A stretch of 63,961 bases of DNA, filler included, from Phoronis australis (GCA_002633005.1; 3 parts of 3 records of this genome joined end to end with filler, not necessarily neighbours in it); one strand, 5' to 3'; positions 11,781 through 34,430 are shown, numbered from the whole stretch's first letter. The notes: generated by a model not told the origin, from the sequence alone. A program made the numbers and translations.

Positions 11781-14700
11781 CACGAAAATGTGCCTGATTT
11801 CCTAAACGAGGTCAAGTGCTTTCTTATTGCCGTGTAATCCGTGACGGCCCTTTTGAGTCCTACTAATTGGGCACTAAGTCCTTAAATTGGGGGGGCATTT
11901 CATGGAAAGATCCTTATTGTCTTATTTCCGATAATACTGAGAATTCAAGGTAAAGTTCCCTCACGTCTAGTATCATATACAAAAATTGACTCAGTAATGA
12001 GACTCAAACAGCATAAGAAAGGAAAATCAGTGTTTTCACAAGCCCACAAAAACGCAGTAGACATAGGAAACTTAGTCAAGTCCCTATTAGGAACTGTTTC
12101 ATGCAACCAGGCAATGGTGTCTCTCCAATAATCAAATGGTAGCATGATAAGAATTTGACTGTAAGTTGTAACGACGCTGGAAAAGACTCGTGCTTTCACA
12201 ATATAAAAAGCTAGAATTGCCTGAAAAGCCGTAGAAAGAAAATGAAGATTCAGCCTAATGCAAACTACCTTTATTGAGCCATGGTATTACAACACACATG
12301 CGAAATAATGCTTTTTCTGGAAACACTGAAAAATACAGCGATACATAATATAAGGCAATCGGCTTGTACTCGACTTAGAGGTCATACCATTCTTTCGGAT
12401 ATTAGGTCAGTTGTTATTAGTAGTTAGAAACCATAGTATGTACCAGCACTATTAATAAGTATTGACTTGGTAAACAACTCTACAAAAATAGTAAGTAAAA
12501 TACCAAAACAAAACAGCACGTGCTACAAAACTTACGATGAAAAGCGTAGCTCTTTAGTCGACCACGTGAACAGCTAAATAGTAATGATTTGCGTAATCTG
12601 AATCTGACCTTTGAAAAATGCCAGATGATCAATAAATAGACTGAGAGAGAAACTCTGGGTGGAAATAAGTGATCTAGTGGCACGGAGTGCGTTTTATGAA
12701 GTGAACATTTTGTCAAACAGTACTGATAGAACTCCAGACGCAATCATTATCAATTTCTTAAGGAACATCAACAAATTCCCGACATCAACATCAGCAAATC
12801 AAACAACTTAATATATGGTAATAATGCCGACTCCAAAAAATTAAAATACATGGACAAGGAAATGGCTAGAGTGTCAGTGTTCAAACCTTTCCCGCTCTCT
12901 TTGGGTTGTCGTTTTTATGTATAGCCACACATCTGTTCGATCTCCGAACTCTTTTTTCCTGGCGAATTTCATAATAGACAGGTTCCAAATTTTGAAATAG
13001 GCCTCAGAAAATGATGTCGAGGACATTTGGGGGTAACGCAGAACTGACAATTGATTTTAATTTATTTTGTGGTGCTAAATTCAAAAAATGTATGCCGGGC
13101 TGGATTTTGCCGGCATAACCCTCAAATCCAATATGGCCGCCATCGGCTATATGGAAATTGGCAAGTCACAATATTTTTTTTTAAAATGAGTACATCAAAC
13201 TATAGGCTTTCAGGTACGGTAAAATTGATTCTGATACTATTCTGGTGATTGGACGTCAAGGTCACGCGAAAAGGTCAAGGTCAAGGTCACATCATGCCGC
13301 ACACGCTTTTGTACGCTCATTGACACTATCAAACATGATGTCATGCTTTCTGACATTCGTTTGGATATCAGTAATCGTGGTTTCCAGCTCGTCTACCCGT
13401 AGACAGAGCGCTTCACCCATGTCGTGTATCTTCTAACTAGGCGAATTATCCAAGTACAGTATTAAGACATTAACTTCCTTTCAAGCCGTAGAAGCTCACG
13501 TACTACGTACTTTGTGATTGAGCAACTATCACTCTATTTCATTACTTTTGCAGTGTGGGTCGGGAGCTCAAAGCAACACGTCCGTTTTACACGTCATATG
13601 AACCAGAAGTCAAAATCGTGTTCCTTAATAAATATTAAAACCGAGTGCCTTGACCTTTTATTCAAATGTAAGCCCATAAATATATGACCTTCCTTGTGGG
13701 AGTTTATGATATGCACTGACAAGTTTGATAAGTTACTGAGTGAGCTAGGTACTACAGACAACGGGAGTCACATCAGCAGCAATATTCTGGGCTTGGTGTT
13801 TTTACAAAATAACCGATTTCTATCTAGTACATTGTGAAGTTTTCCGCCAGATGAATTGTTTCGTACATGCCGCCAAGCATGTCCTTCAATAGCAGCGCGA
13901 CTCGTGTTAACGCGAAGCCATTGCTATTAAACAGCGCATAACTTTCATGCAACCAGGTCGAGGACACTTTGCAGTAGATAACTTGAGAAATTGGTTTGTG
14001 TATTAGGGCCACGTATCACCTTCTTACGGATGAGTACCCATGACGGATTTTTGTAGTGATGTCGAAATGGAAAAATAGAGGGATTTAGGTTCTAAGATTG
14101 GCAACTCATGAGGAGGTACAAATATACACTTGACTGGTCTAGGGTCTTGTCATACGTCACTGTAGATAAGCTCTTCTTTGTTTCTTCAAATGAGCAGTTG
14201 TAGAAGCTGTCGTCATCACAGTGGGTTTATTCTCGAATCTCTTTATTCCAGCGCTGTATTATGTGATGGCAAGAATCCAATGAATAACAATGGTAAACTA
14301 TCACTGTAGCGATGCAGTGGGACACATCAGAGCTTGTAGAGCTGGATAAGCACCACAGTGGTTATAGACCAATGTTCTTATCAAAACCCACGTGCGAGTC
14401 GTGCCTTTCGATACCCTGGTTAATTTGGTGGATTATGCGCATGAATGATGAAAATAAATGGTGGAGTTAACATCTTGAACTTGTTTTTTAAGCCCGTCAT
14501 GGTAGAGTCTTTCATTTTGATTTCCGTGCTGTTCATAAGATCACACACGAATTCATGTCAGCCTTCTTGCTTTCCATTGCAAGAGTAGGAAGTTATCTTG
14601 AATGGCATAAATCAAGTTTTGTGGGTAGGCTCTTCCTAATCAATTCAGACGATGTGGGTGCATTCGCCATTGAAGAGAACAGACAACTCTGTTAGCATGT

Positions 14701-16139
14701 GTGTTATTTTTTGAAAGTATGTTATCGTTGAAGGCCGACACAAGTCAGACAACTGGCGTAGTACAAGTTGCCAGGGTTGTTCAATACTGTCATAGTAGGT
14801 ACAACAATTGAACGTGCATCGGCATCAGAGGACGCTTCGCAGTTACTACAATATGAGGAGGGAAGACAACTGAGTGAAATTTCTCATTCGTCCGTAGTTA
14901 CCAATCGTTAAAGGTGTATAGATAGAATGTTTGTAGCATATTCTCTTGTCGTTGGTAGGTCAGGGTGATTGCATTTGAATAAAATGATTTTGGCTAGCTA
15001 AGAAGATGTAACTAATACATCCTCCTTTATATTTGACATCAGCTTTCAAAGAGCAAAAGTCCTGATGAAATGTCTCCTTATGTCCAATCATGTCTTCAGT
15101 TGTATCTACTACAGCTGCATCTGTTCACTATGTGAAATAAGCAAAATTCATTAAATACACGTCGCTGTTAACAATCTTTATTCCGTTCGGTTCGTATCCT
15201 AAGAACAAAGTTCAACACTGAACAGAACATTGGTAAAGTAACTGGCCAAGAGACATGATTAAAAGACACGCGATATTTCGAAACATGCTTGCTTCATTCT
15301 CAAGTTGAAATAAAATGACGCTTGAATACCAACACAGAGCATAAGTTGGAGACATACTCAATGGGACACGGCAGATATGAAATACTGCAAAGAACGACAA
15401 ATGAAGGGGTTAACAAGAACACCACGTAAACAGGTGCAACGTGCGGCGCTACCCTGTTTGCTGCTCAGTCAAAACAGGCTTCTCAAATGCAATCAAAAGG
15501 GACTCCGATACTGTCAATCGCAGCACATTGTGCTCTACGTACCGAATTCGCGTGTTTTCCACATTATCTTGACGGGTGATTTTACGTTCTGACATTGCAG
15601 AAAATGTTCTTGGATGGCGCCATTTTGAAGATGTATAGATAACCGAAGGGAAAGATTGGAAACTGTTTGATCAATGTAGCATTGTTTGACATTTGAAGGA
15701 AGACATTCGTCACGTGCTGGTAACAAGTCTTTAAAAGCACAATGAAATAGAGTGAAATAGAGTGCAGTTATTATTAATTCACAGTTCACATTGGCCTATA
15801 GCTGTTTCCCCATATAGTTACACGTTAGCTGGAGATCGCAGCAAGTCATGGATAGCATTGGTGTGAAACGATAAAAGTTCAGGCGACCATACGTACAGTA
15901 GTTTCTTGCATGATGTGTCATCTTGTACTGCTTTGTCCCGCTTCAGGAACTGTCCTTGTGTAGCGCGAGTAATAATAACAAATGTGAACAAATCAAGTTT
16001 TTTAACATGATAAGAAATGTCTTGGAAAGCTTTGTGCCGAAATATCATCCAAAGAATCACGCGCCCGTATTCACAAAACTATTGTGAACACTCCCTAGCA
16101 TTGCCACTAGTCTTGCCTTGAATGAATGTGATGTTTATG

Positions 16140-17000
16140 CGTCTCTTTCGTTATGGCAACTCTGTTAATATTTGATTTTTAAAGTCATTCGACAATGGTA
16201 GGTAATTATGACATCCTTTAGTAAAGACGAACAAAAGTATTTGCTTCATTCACTTTCACTCTGCGGTAGGTGTTTGGTGCACTCTTACGTTCTTGAAGAA
16301 GCCGCTGACGGGTTTATTTCCATTAGTTGCTATGGTAACCATTTTTGAATTTTCAAAGTAATGCTAATGGTTTTGACAAACCATCCGTGAAACTTTGGGG
16401 CGCATCTATAGCATTAGCTGTACACATAATTAAAGTACTTTTAACTACGGCTATTTCTATGTTTGCCTAAATGAGTTGCCTGGCAACTGTTATCTTTTTA
16501 TTTTTGAAAGTGTCCAAGTGGTTATGGTTCGTCTTTGATGTCGTTCAAACTCTTAATCAATAGTTCGTTGACCTGTAGCGTGTAAAGCATATTATATTGT
16601 TATAATTCCAAATACCTAGTTACCATGAAACTGGTTCACATTAAACCTTAGTTACTATCTTAAAATCCTACAGGAGGATTGCTAAAATGATTTAAGCATG
16701 GTTGCTTGCTTCTACCACGAGTACCATCAAGTCTATACCTAGTGACCTTGACCGTGAAAATACCTGGTCACAATGGTAACGATAACCAAGCCACATTTTT
16801 AACATCCCTAACTTTCAGCACGCACTGTGGGCAAGGTTGCATGTAACACGAATACGATTTTTATCCTGAATTTTATGATTTTGACTGGCAAAATATCTGG
16901 TTATCATGGCAGAAGTGCATATTTCAGCTTGGCAGTTCCCTTAAGCTTCCACTGAGGGTCACTATAAGTGATTTGGGGGGCATGGTTACCTTTTTGGAAT
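16140..17000. repeat. Degenerate ~150-bp tandem repeat with GTTGCYATGGYAAC-like palindromes
   Basis: Motif variants near 16150, 16326, 16475, 16619, 16767 and 16900. Confidence 0.45.
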
Positions 17001-19522
17001 ATGGCTATGCCACAAAACCTAACATTGTTGATTTTGAACGGCTAACTACCACTGCAGGCGATAAATTATCGCATGGTCTATATTGGCCTGTATGCTTGCC
17101 AGTTCTGACAAGTTGTGACGCATGCGTGTTGACAACAAAAATCTCTGTCATCGAAATCGAAAGTTTCGGTTTTGCTCTATGTCAAGTTTTTCGTAGAGAA
17201 AACGTGATGTGATCTTTGTCGCATGAAAACTGACTAAGCCTACCCTGCAAAACTTTAGCAGCGACACTGTGTTAGATGTTTCACACATTATGGGCTATCC
17301 AGTCAGCACTATAGCTAATCCAAGCGTCTCTACCAGCTTGTGCATACCAAAGTATCGTAAATTTCATTTACATGTGCATGTTTTAATTTCAATCGGCGAG
17401 ACAGAGACGCATATTTTCGACAGTGAAACTATCGAAATTGTTGAATTAACCATTGTTCGAAGACTTATACCTTCGGTCAGACTCCTGAATGCCGAATTGT
17501 TTGTCACATTCATCAGGTGTTGATGTGGTGGTGTGACGTAGCATCAAACCTGAAACGACAAGTTTTGATGTTATGGTAGTTGTCATGCTGCTCATTGTAA
17601 GTTGAATTCAGAAATCATTTTACTGAAATAGCCTCAGAGATAACCACTGCAGGAATATACAGGCGAGTACGATGCTCCATTAAACATAACTGAGTTAAAC
17701 GAGTTTTGGCAGAAAATATTACAAGGAAAGGACAAGTGCCAAATCCACGATTTTTGGCTATTTTCTTAAAATAATTGTTCAAGTGAGAAAACGATGATTC
17801 ATGCCATTAAAAAGAGCGAACCTTTAGCATAGAATATAATCAATTATTTTATTAATCAATGTCATGTAGTAATGGCGCAGCAGATGAAATGACCTGATTA
17901 TTCAGCTGATCTTTTTTGTCTTTTAAAATTTTAATTTAAACCAACACGTCCTGTGAAGGAAAAGAGCGTTTTGTCGAAACAAGTTAATTTTTAATGCTAG
18001 GCATAACTGCAAACCATACGAAGAATGTTAGAACAATATTCCATTTACGGTGAAAACGTGTTTTGTCACTCCATCAACACAAATAAACAGCAATTGGTGT
18101 GAACGATGACGTTTTTGAAGCAGCAGCATCTTCATCGTCGCAAACTCAAAAAGTTACAATTCAGTGTAACAGTTCATATTAATGGGTAATATAAAAGATT
18201 AAGTTCAATGTCCGACGTTATAAGCAGATTTTTCTATAAAAGTAACCAAAAGTTTTCCAAATTCTTGTTTGTGTATTTTTTTTATTTTGAATGTGGTTCT
18301 TACGGGGACGTTCTTTTAGGGATGCATTTTTTGTGAATTCCTAATAGACGACAGCATAAGCCTACAATTTCCAACTGAAAATTACACATAAGAAGTGCAT
18401 CAACTCGATGCCAGCCCACATGCAAGCACGAACACCTCTCAGCGAGACAAATAGTAGTGCGTACTTTTATTGATGGGATGCGCCAGTGCGGCTACATTGA
18501 CTACCTCCCAAAAAACTCGATTACTCTTCAGAATCTTAGGCAATTACCAACCACCGATTGAGTCTGAAGGTTTTTCGAAATGTTTTGATTGTTACGTGTC
18601 GTACGTTACACTGGCATTAATCCTGTTTTCTGTGAAAAAATAACGTTAAGTCAATAACTAGAATAAAAATGGTTTCATTGTTTTCCGTACTCAGTTAAAA
18701 AATGATATCTGGATTCAGAAGAACTAGTAGTTTGTTATCGTTTCAGACCAGTCTAAATAGGTGTCAGGTCGAGACGTGAAAGTTTTTGCTCTGAAACCGA
18801 AAATTTTAGATAGTGACACCTTGTCGTCGGGATCACTTGCATCATGTAGTTGAGAACGAAGAAATGGTCAAAGAGAGCCAAAGTCTATGACGTTACATTA
18901 TACACACAACAGTGGCACCCAACGGTAGACATAAGAAGCCGATGCAATGGTACCTACATGCCTGACAAACGGTATCTTTGGTTGAGGCTAGTCACGCCAT
19001 ACTCAATGCACCCCAGCGCCACTAATATGCAATCGCATTTGAAAACACGTTCAAATGCCCCAAACACTGGACGCTTTCCTGATATTGTCTTCCTGGTTTC
19101 GGTAGTAGTCACTTATAGGGGTCAGGAATTTGCACCACTAATTCGCTCTCAGTTTTCTGCATTTTCACCTCGGGTAATTAAGAATTGAGTAAGATAATTT
19201 CCGTAATAGAAACACGCTGTATGCGAAATTCACTCGCATCACAACATGTATGCCAATCAACAGTCCTGTTCGTTTCCACTGATGGAACATCGTCAGCGAC
19301 GATTCCTCAATAACAATTCTAGCACCCCACCCTCTATTTGCCGAACACAACGCATCAGTTTCCCGCCACCTTATAACTGTTTGTTGCCAATCAGGGTAGA
19401 GTTCAATAACGTTAGTACCTCTCTAGAAAAATAAGTCATTAACGGATCGGGACTCCGCGAAATATCAACGTGTATTTTTAACGAGAGCGCGAGACTTTGG
19501 ATAGATTTTTCACGCGAGGAAA

Positions 19523-20005
19523 CAGTCTCGTCCCCAAGTCTCATGATAGCGCTGATCGGTTTAGCCATTTGAGGCTTGGTTATGTGAAATGAAATGACAC
19601 GTTTTAACGGAAATCGCCGGAACATCACGATTAATATAAATTTGAGCTTTTCTGCAGTTTTACATAGTTTTATATAAAAATGAAAACTAACGGTATATTG
19701 CTGCAATTTGGGACTAAATTATTGCAAAAATTATGTATTTTCATTCGAAAACAGAATATTTTCTATGATACTAATAACAAAAAAGAATTTAAAATAGTAC
19801 GCGAACAACCTTTATTTCAAACAATAACCAAAACAATGCATTCTGATTCATGAATGACAACAACGACTGCAAAAGTAATTAAAATCTGCCTTTGTTTTAA
19901 TGATGACGAGGCAGCGGTCAATCATTGCGCAGAAAGTACTTTCCATAACCGATCCTCAAATGACTAAACCGATCAGCACCACCTTTAGGCTTTGGAACGA
20001 GGCTG
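19523..20005. mobile_element. MITE with ~65-bp imperfect TIRs (CAGTCTCGTCCC...GAACGAGGCTG)
   Basis: 19523-19590 is the reverse complement of ~19940-20005 (shared GCTGATCGGTTTAG.CATTTGAGG core). No clear TSD. Confidence 0.7.
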
Positions 20006-20732
20006 GCAACGAGACAGCTAATGAATCAGATGACGCTATCACTAGTTATTATGTTTCTTCTGATCTATTCCTTGTGCTCGGAAATAGCTGGAGAGCGTTC
20101 CGTAGGAATATGTTTTCGCAACAAAACAAGATCTCGCAAAACCTCGCACAATCGCGTGGTGTTTGGCGAGTACGTTTGGAAGCTGGCTAGCTTGTCCTAA
20201 CAAAATTGTGGTCGCTAAAGGGGCTGGTCGGGGATATTGAGATGTTGTACTTTATGATATAATTCAGGAATTATGGGATTGAATTCATATAAGCCAAGAC
20301 TAAGATTTTCGCCGTAAGTATAAGCTAATGTCTTGCCGTGCACAGAACACGCGTCTGTTCTCTCCTCTAGCCCTTGTAGTGAAAGTGAAACGTAGAAAAA
20401 GTGAAAGGAATGGAAATTATAAACATCTGAGCACGTGAGAACTTGATTCTGGAAGTCGGCAAGCCATTGACAAATCTCAATTTTAAAGTTTCATGTAATA
20501 TGATTTGTTAATTTTCGAGCGGAGGCTCGAGGAAAGTCTGTGGTGGTGTGGGACCTGAAAGTCATGTGTAAAGCTCTCTTATTTGTTTTTACAGTATTGT
20601 AGAAGTTTTTTTAAAGCTTACGTAAGTGGTGACTTAAATCAGAAAGGGCAATGTCATGCGTGAAGGATGTTACTAGTTTGCACCATAGGTAATATTTCAT
20701 TTCCGCCTGCAGGAAGAATTGTAGAATATTAA

Positions 20733-21391
20733 AGGAGAATGACACCCAAAAACAGCCTATTTTGTATCAATTTAGATCGAATAGTTCCATTCTATAACAG
20801 CAAGTTCGGTTGTTTTACCTGACACCTAACGGCAGACGGAGGTTTTGAAATTAACCAACGACGTAATGTGTTCGAACGCAGCCTGTTCATCGTTCACAAC
20901 ACCTCACTGGTGTCAACTTATCGCTTGAATTCATCGTTTTACACCAATGAATCATCAAAATTCGATGTAAATCCCTTACAAATATATTGAGTTCTTAAAC
21001 AAAGGTGTTGTTTTATTTCACAGTTACGGATTTATAGGTATTTGAACGTACCGTAGCCTACAGCGTTCGGTAGGCCAATTTACAGGGAGTTTAGGTCTGT
21101 TTGGTGATCAATTCGAATCATTCTTCCGTGAAATACAGACGGGAGAACATAGCTGTGTGTTTTTCTTTTAGACTTGCGATTTTTTCAGTTCTAAACACAC
21201 AAAACGCTTGTTACTCCAGTGTCTCGGAGCACGGCCCCTGTAGGCAAGTCGAGGCCGCTGGGACTGGATATCACGAACATAAACCAGGTTTTTGAAGTTG
21301 GAAACTAAACCTCCATTCAAGAAAAGACTATAATAGTGTGCCAAAGAAATAATGTGCTCCTAATTATTTAGGTGCATTAGCTACGAAACTG
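20733..21391 (+). mobile_element. Non-autonomous Kolobok-like element end, copy 2
   Basis: Begins TTAA|AGGAGAATGACACCC. Homologous to the reverse complement of 501-977, with an extra ~200 bp at ~21073-21268. Confidence 0.6.
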
Positions 21392-21536
21392 AAAATTATG
21401 GACATCTTAATACTATAGACCGGGCGCACGCGCTACTGCAGCTGACAACTTGACGTCACGTGACACGGCTAATTGCCGTGTAAACAAACGGGGTAAATTG
21501 TCCTTTTCAAAGCGCGATATCTAACAAATAAAGAGG

Positions 21537-21636
21537 NNNNNNNNNNNNNNNNNNNNNNNNNNNNNNNNNNNNNNNNNNNNTTAATTAATTAANNNNNNNN
21601 NNNNNNNNNNNNNNNNNNNNNNNNNNNNNNNNNNNN
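21537..21636. other. Artificial scaffold linker N44-TTAATTAATTAA-N44
   Basis: Exactly 100 nt, stops in all six frames, identical to 45574-45673. Confidence 0.97.
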
Positions 21637-22011
21637 GCAACTGTTTGTGCAGCTTTCGGGCTCCTCCCGAACTTGGTTGCCAACAGTTTAGCCCCATGCA
21701 ATTCTCGGGCTCCTCCCGAGCTTGATTGCATCTCACCTTTCGGATCTGAATAACCAAATTGCCCCGTTCTTGCACACACAACTATTAATCAGCGACTGGC
21801 TTGCCCGTGTATCAGAACTGTATAAATCACAACGCTGCGATACTAAATCATGGAACAACTGGATTGCTTGTAAGTGTGGAATATTGTAGTTATATATTCT
21901 TACAATAAACCTAAGTATTATTCACCAACTTTTAGTTTTCAATATCACCCTCAGTCCGCACCGGGCTCGTAAAATCGGGGCGCCTTGGTCGTAGATACCG
22001 CCCCCGTTACA
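21637..22011 (+). mobile_element. Solo LTR-like sequence (5' end cut by the linker)
   Basis: TATAAA at ~21822, AATAAA at ~21904, ends GTTACA at 22011. Confidence 0.35.
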
Positions 22012-22025
22012 ACTACAAAATAGTG

Positions 22026-22639
22026 TGTAACTTTCTAGAAGACTGAGGTCAGAACAGTGATGATGTAATTTGTTTACTACAGTATAGTGTGGAACTTTCT
22101 AGAAGACTCTAGCATGACAGTGATTAATGCAGTCTGGAATAATCTAGAGACTAGTACATGTTTGTAGAAATGTTGGGTAGATTCAGGAAAGTTCTAGAAT
22201 GTGCGTGAAATGATGAAAAGTTCCAGAACAATGCATCAGGCTATAAATACACAAGCACGGATTTGTGTTAGTGAGATCAAGTCGGGAGATCAAGTCAGTT
22301 CGAGAGAGATCAATTCAGTTCAAGAAAGTTATTCAGGAGAACTACAGTTGAGTTGCAGTGAAGAGAATCAGCAGTTACAGCGATAGTCAATAGAGAGCCA
22401 GCTATAGAAACAGCAGGTTATTGAATCGACGAGTGTAACAGTTGCTGAACGTGTCTCAGAAGTTCATCACAAGTCAAGGCTTCGCAGCATTGGCTGGAGC
22501 ATAAACAGACATTACGTCGGACGTTTTGTTTGAACTTTGAGTAGGCTTGTGAACCTACGGCAGGGATTAATAAAGGATTAACTCGAACCAGTCTTCAGTC
22601 TATCGTCGCATCGAAAGCAATTACCACCGGTTTGTAACA
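22026..22639 (+). mobile_element. Solo LTR-like sequence
   Basis: TGTAAC...GTAACA ends, repeated TTCTAGAA motifs in the U3-like part, TATAAATA at ~22243, AATAAA at ~22569. Confidence 0.45.
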
Positions 22640-23049
22640 ACCTGCGCCCACCCACACACGGGGAAAAACATGACACAATGAAGTAAGTCCTTGGAACTAT
22701 CGAAGGTTTATTATGCCAAGTATGAAAATACAGTTTGCACGTACTATCCAAATACAATCCGCAACAGGACACGTGACCACGGGACTGGCCACCTTCATAG
22801 TTTAAACGAGCATATTCGAGACAAATTTGTGTCCCATTTACACTGGTTGGACGTCTTCTTTACGTGTTATGCACACGACAGATGCCTTCAATTGACGAAC
22901 ATTTTCACGCAAAAAGTAAACCTTGCAAACGAGAGGGAGCCTAAATAGGGTGACACTGCATTGGTTTGTGAAAGTGCAGTTAAGAGATTATTACACTCCA
23001 GAAGGACTCTTTAATGGCAAGTAATCATACTTGTAACTGATACGCAAAA

Positions 23050-23760
23050 TGGAACCCAAGTCAAATCTTCCAAAAACAGGAAGATAGCGTCATCACACCA
23101 ATAGATGCCTATATGAAAATCTGTTGAAGACCTTTGAAGATACTGAGTAAAACGTAAAAAACTAAAATTTCCACAAGTGGGCACAACAGTAGCAAGATCT
23201 GTCCGAAAGTCGTGGTAATCTGCAGTCAACATCATATAAATACACTTGCTAAATTAAGTAAGAATCCTGCAAACGGTTTAGGAGATACAGCCTTGGCGCA
23301 ACAAAAACAAAACTGCCTAGGAGGCGCCACAGTAGTCGAAATCGTCGTCAACCGTCCTCTTTAAAGTAAGCACATACATGCCAATTTTTACAATCATCCT
23401 TTGAGCGGTTTGGTTGATAGAGGGGTACGCAAAAAACAGACTCGAAAACAGTAAAAATGACCACTAGGTGGCGCAAACTACGTCGAATCCATCCGAAAAC
23501 GGGAGGATAGCGTCATCTCACTAATAAGTGCCTACATACCAAATTTCATGAAAATCCATACAAGACTTTTGAAGATACAAAGGTAAGGGTAAAAAATTAC
23601 AATTGCCACTAGGGGGCACACCGGTAGTCGGATCCGTACGAAAGTTTGCTCATGCCATCCCATTCTTGAATGGAACAAATGTGCCAAATTTCATAAACGT
23701 TTGTTAAAGGGGTTTGGAGATAGAACAGCGGACGCCGCCCGGACGGAGATGACCGGGCAT
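23050..23760 (+). mobile_element. Helitron/Helentron-like repeat, same family as 2790-5726
   Basis: Shared blocks such as CATACATGCCAATTTT...GGTTTGGTTGATAG...AACAGTAAAAATG.CCACTAGG and a GGACG-rich end. Confidence 0.6.
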
Positions 23761-24114
23761 AAAAAGGGAAAGCGAATGCGTGTATCATTTTTCCCACAAA
23801 TACAATCATTCAACTTTAATTTAGTTTTTAACCTGGTGACTTGTCAACTAGGCTATAACATGAATCACTGCCTGAATAAATCAAGAATCCATGGCATAGA
23901 AAGGATTTCTTTAGTGCTGGCCTCAAAAAATGCATCGAAATACAAGACTGGCTCCAGATTCTACAAAATCGAAGACATCTGCCCAAAGAGGGCAGCTGGC
24001 TTATTAAGTCATTCCGTCCTGACACTCAACAGTACCTGCCAGCATTATCCTGACAGACAGTGCTCAACTACCCAGACATGAGGATGTACAACAAACCAAG
24101 TAATCTTAAACGTG

Positions 24115-24120
24115 TTTATT
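24115..24120 (-). terminator. Probable GAPDH polyadenylation signal (AATAAA)
   Basis: TTTATT on the plus strand ~440 nt downstream of the GAPDH stop. A second AATAAA candidate lies at ~24250-24261 only on the opposite strand. Confidence 0.5.
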
Positions 24121-24556
24121 CAAACAAACTATTACTGTCAAAACTGAAGTCTTTTGTAAAAACCAATGATTTAGCTAAGTAACCACTAGGTGCATATGAA
24201 TTTACACAGCAGTGTGACTGGATTATAGTAGCTTGCTTATGCATGGCAGTGACAGAATAAAGAATCTTTGTTCCCGATAAACCAAATGTCAGTTTATAAC
24301 ACTGTTCATGACCACAGCAGTAAAAACAGGTATCAGTTGAAATGCAAAATACTTCCACTGCATGGTTGTCCAATCATCACAACATTCCAAACAATAGCAC
24401 TTAAACCAAGGCGTCCATGACTACCTAGTGAGATTTCACCACATTGCTCTAACGCCCAACCAATTATGACTAACCTTACCAAACACATGTATTAGATAAA
24501 AACATAGCATTCACAACAAGTTACAGTTTAGGGCCGGGCATCTCTGCACTTGACGT

Positions 24557-32727
<8,171 letters not shown>

Positions 32728-34404
32728 GGTGAATAGAGTAAAACTGGTGTGATGTGGAAGATGCTACTGCAAGAGAAATAAGTAGAGGTTGTTACCATGA
32801 CAGTGATAGTAACAGCTGCAGTGACTTAAATACTTGAAATCCATAAATAAGACAACTATCATATGGAGTAGATTGAGTGCAACGCTGATTGTTATGCACA
32901 CATATACCGTTCTAGAACATTCCATGGTATGTGCAATGAAGTCTCTATAGTGGTCCCCCATGATATATCTCAACGACTAGCATAATCCATACAACATCAA
33001 TGCTAAACAGTCATCATCACATGTGCAGTAATTTACAGTGAACATTCTCCAGATTGGGACCTCTAATATTTGAGACATCGAAATTCAAGTCAAACCTAAA
33101 TTTTCTGGACTTTTAAGATTAGGATATGTAGAGCTGGATTTGACAAACATGCAGGTCACCAATGTGACTTCAGATTGTAGGGGTTGATCCAGGCTTTTTT
33201 ATAAGTGGGAGAGTTGTTTCAAGGATTTTTTAAAAAGGGGGATCGAGGCCAACACTTTGAAAATTCTAGATTTAATACCACTAAAATCAAGGGGAAACAG
33301 GGGAGTCTGAACACTCTCTTGAGACTTGACCCCCCCCCCCCAGATCTGTCTAGGAATTTTGTTCGATATTGACCATAGAAAAATCCCAAGTCGCCACAGT
33401 GAGTATCAAGGTCAAACAACAATTCCCCTGAAATTCCTTTTAAAGTTTGTGTGTGACTCCCAACCTCAAATTACTGTTGCTTTTATCCTACATTCAACTT
33501 CAATACCTTTGGTTCACAATGGTTCCATTTATTTCGTGAAATCAGAGTATTTGCCACCCGAAGCAGTCAGCGCACATCAAACACGGGCTTAAATGACAAC
33601 AGGAAGTAAACAGACATAAGTCGGAATTGTTCGACAAAAATCAGGAAAGATCAGTCCATGAAACGCACTTAACTAGTGTATGCGACACTCTGCGTTATCC
33701 CTGAGCAGGAGCAACTGAGTTAGAGATTCAATGGTGCATTTTTACGGGGATATTGATGAGGTACGTATGCATAATTTTCTGAGTTGGCACGACCACGCTG
33801 TTAAGCTAAACATCGAGCAGTGACATGGAAATCTCAATCACCGTAAAATATTACGGTACTTCACCATATTTTTTAACCTCCATGATTATCTAGATCACCT
33901 AGCTACAGGACCCTCTATGCCTCGACTTTGAAGCCAACTATCGGCCCCATTAACGGCATTAACCTACGAAAATATTTAGCATCACAATTCACGCCTGGCT
34001 TCACGGTCATCACGCGAAATTCAAATTGCCTAAAAATTCCCTTCCAAGGATTAAAAATGACTCAAGATTAGAATAACTTATGCAAGGCGTTAATTTTGGT
34101 TAACCCATGGCCGATTGATGGTTGTGAGCAATACAATGAATGGTGTTACAAAATTAGAATTGAAGGGTTCGACTCGTGGCTTGTGTGTTGGGCAATACGG
34201 TGCTTTGTTGGCAGTTTTTAAACGAAAAAAAATTGCAAGTTGAAAAGGTCAGACTACGAAAAACAAATATTGTCATCGTTCAGCCTCACCACAGTTAGAC
34301 ACAAAATTTATCATTCACTAATAGGCTAACAAAACAACACCAATACTGAATAAAGTTTAAGATGAAGAGCCTCAAACTGAGAAGACAAGACCAACAATCC
34401 TTAC

Positions 34405-34430
34405 CTTTTGAAGGGCAAGCCAAGGAGAAG
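34405..34430 (-). other. GAPDH: Probable non-coding first exon of GAPDH with a pyrimidine-tract start
   Basis: CTTCTCCTTGGCTTGCCCTTCAAAAG|gtaagg strong donor. The ATG exon has an upstream acceptor (tctcttgcag, 32767-32776), so a 5' exon is required. Confidence 0.55.

Noticed and set aside
13824-15120. Possible decayed coding region (TPR-like VLNNPGNLY)
   Set aside because: Only one short motif amid many stops; not enough to call a pseudogene.
21581-21592. TTAATTAATTAA palindrome as a regulatory or TE motif
   Set aside because: Synthetic six-frame-stop linker inside N padding.
24230-24320. SECIS element that would recode the GAPDH TGA as selenocysteine
   Set aside because: ATGA-N10-AAA is present on the minus strand, but no complementary helix II or properly placed GA was found.
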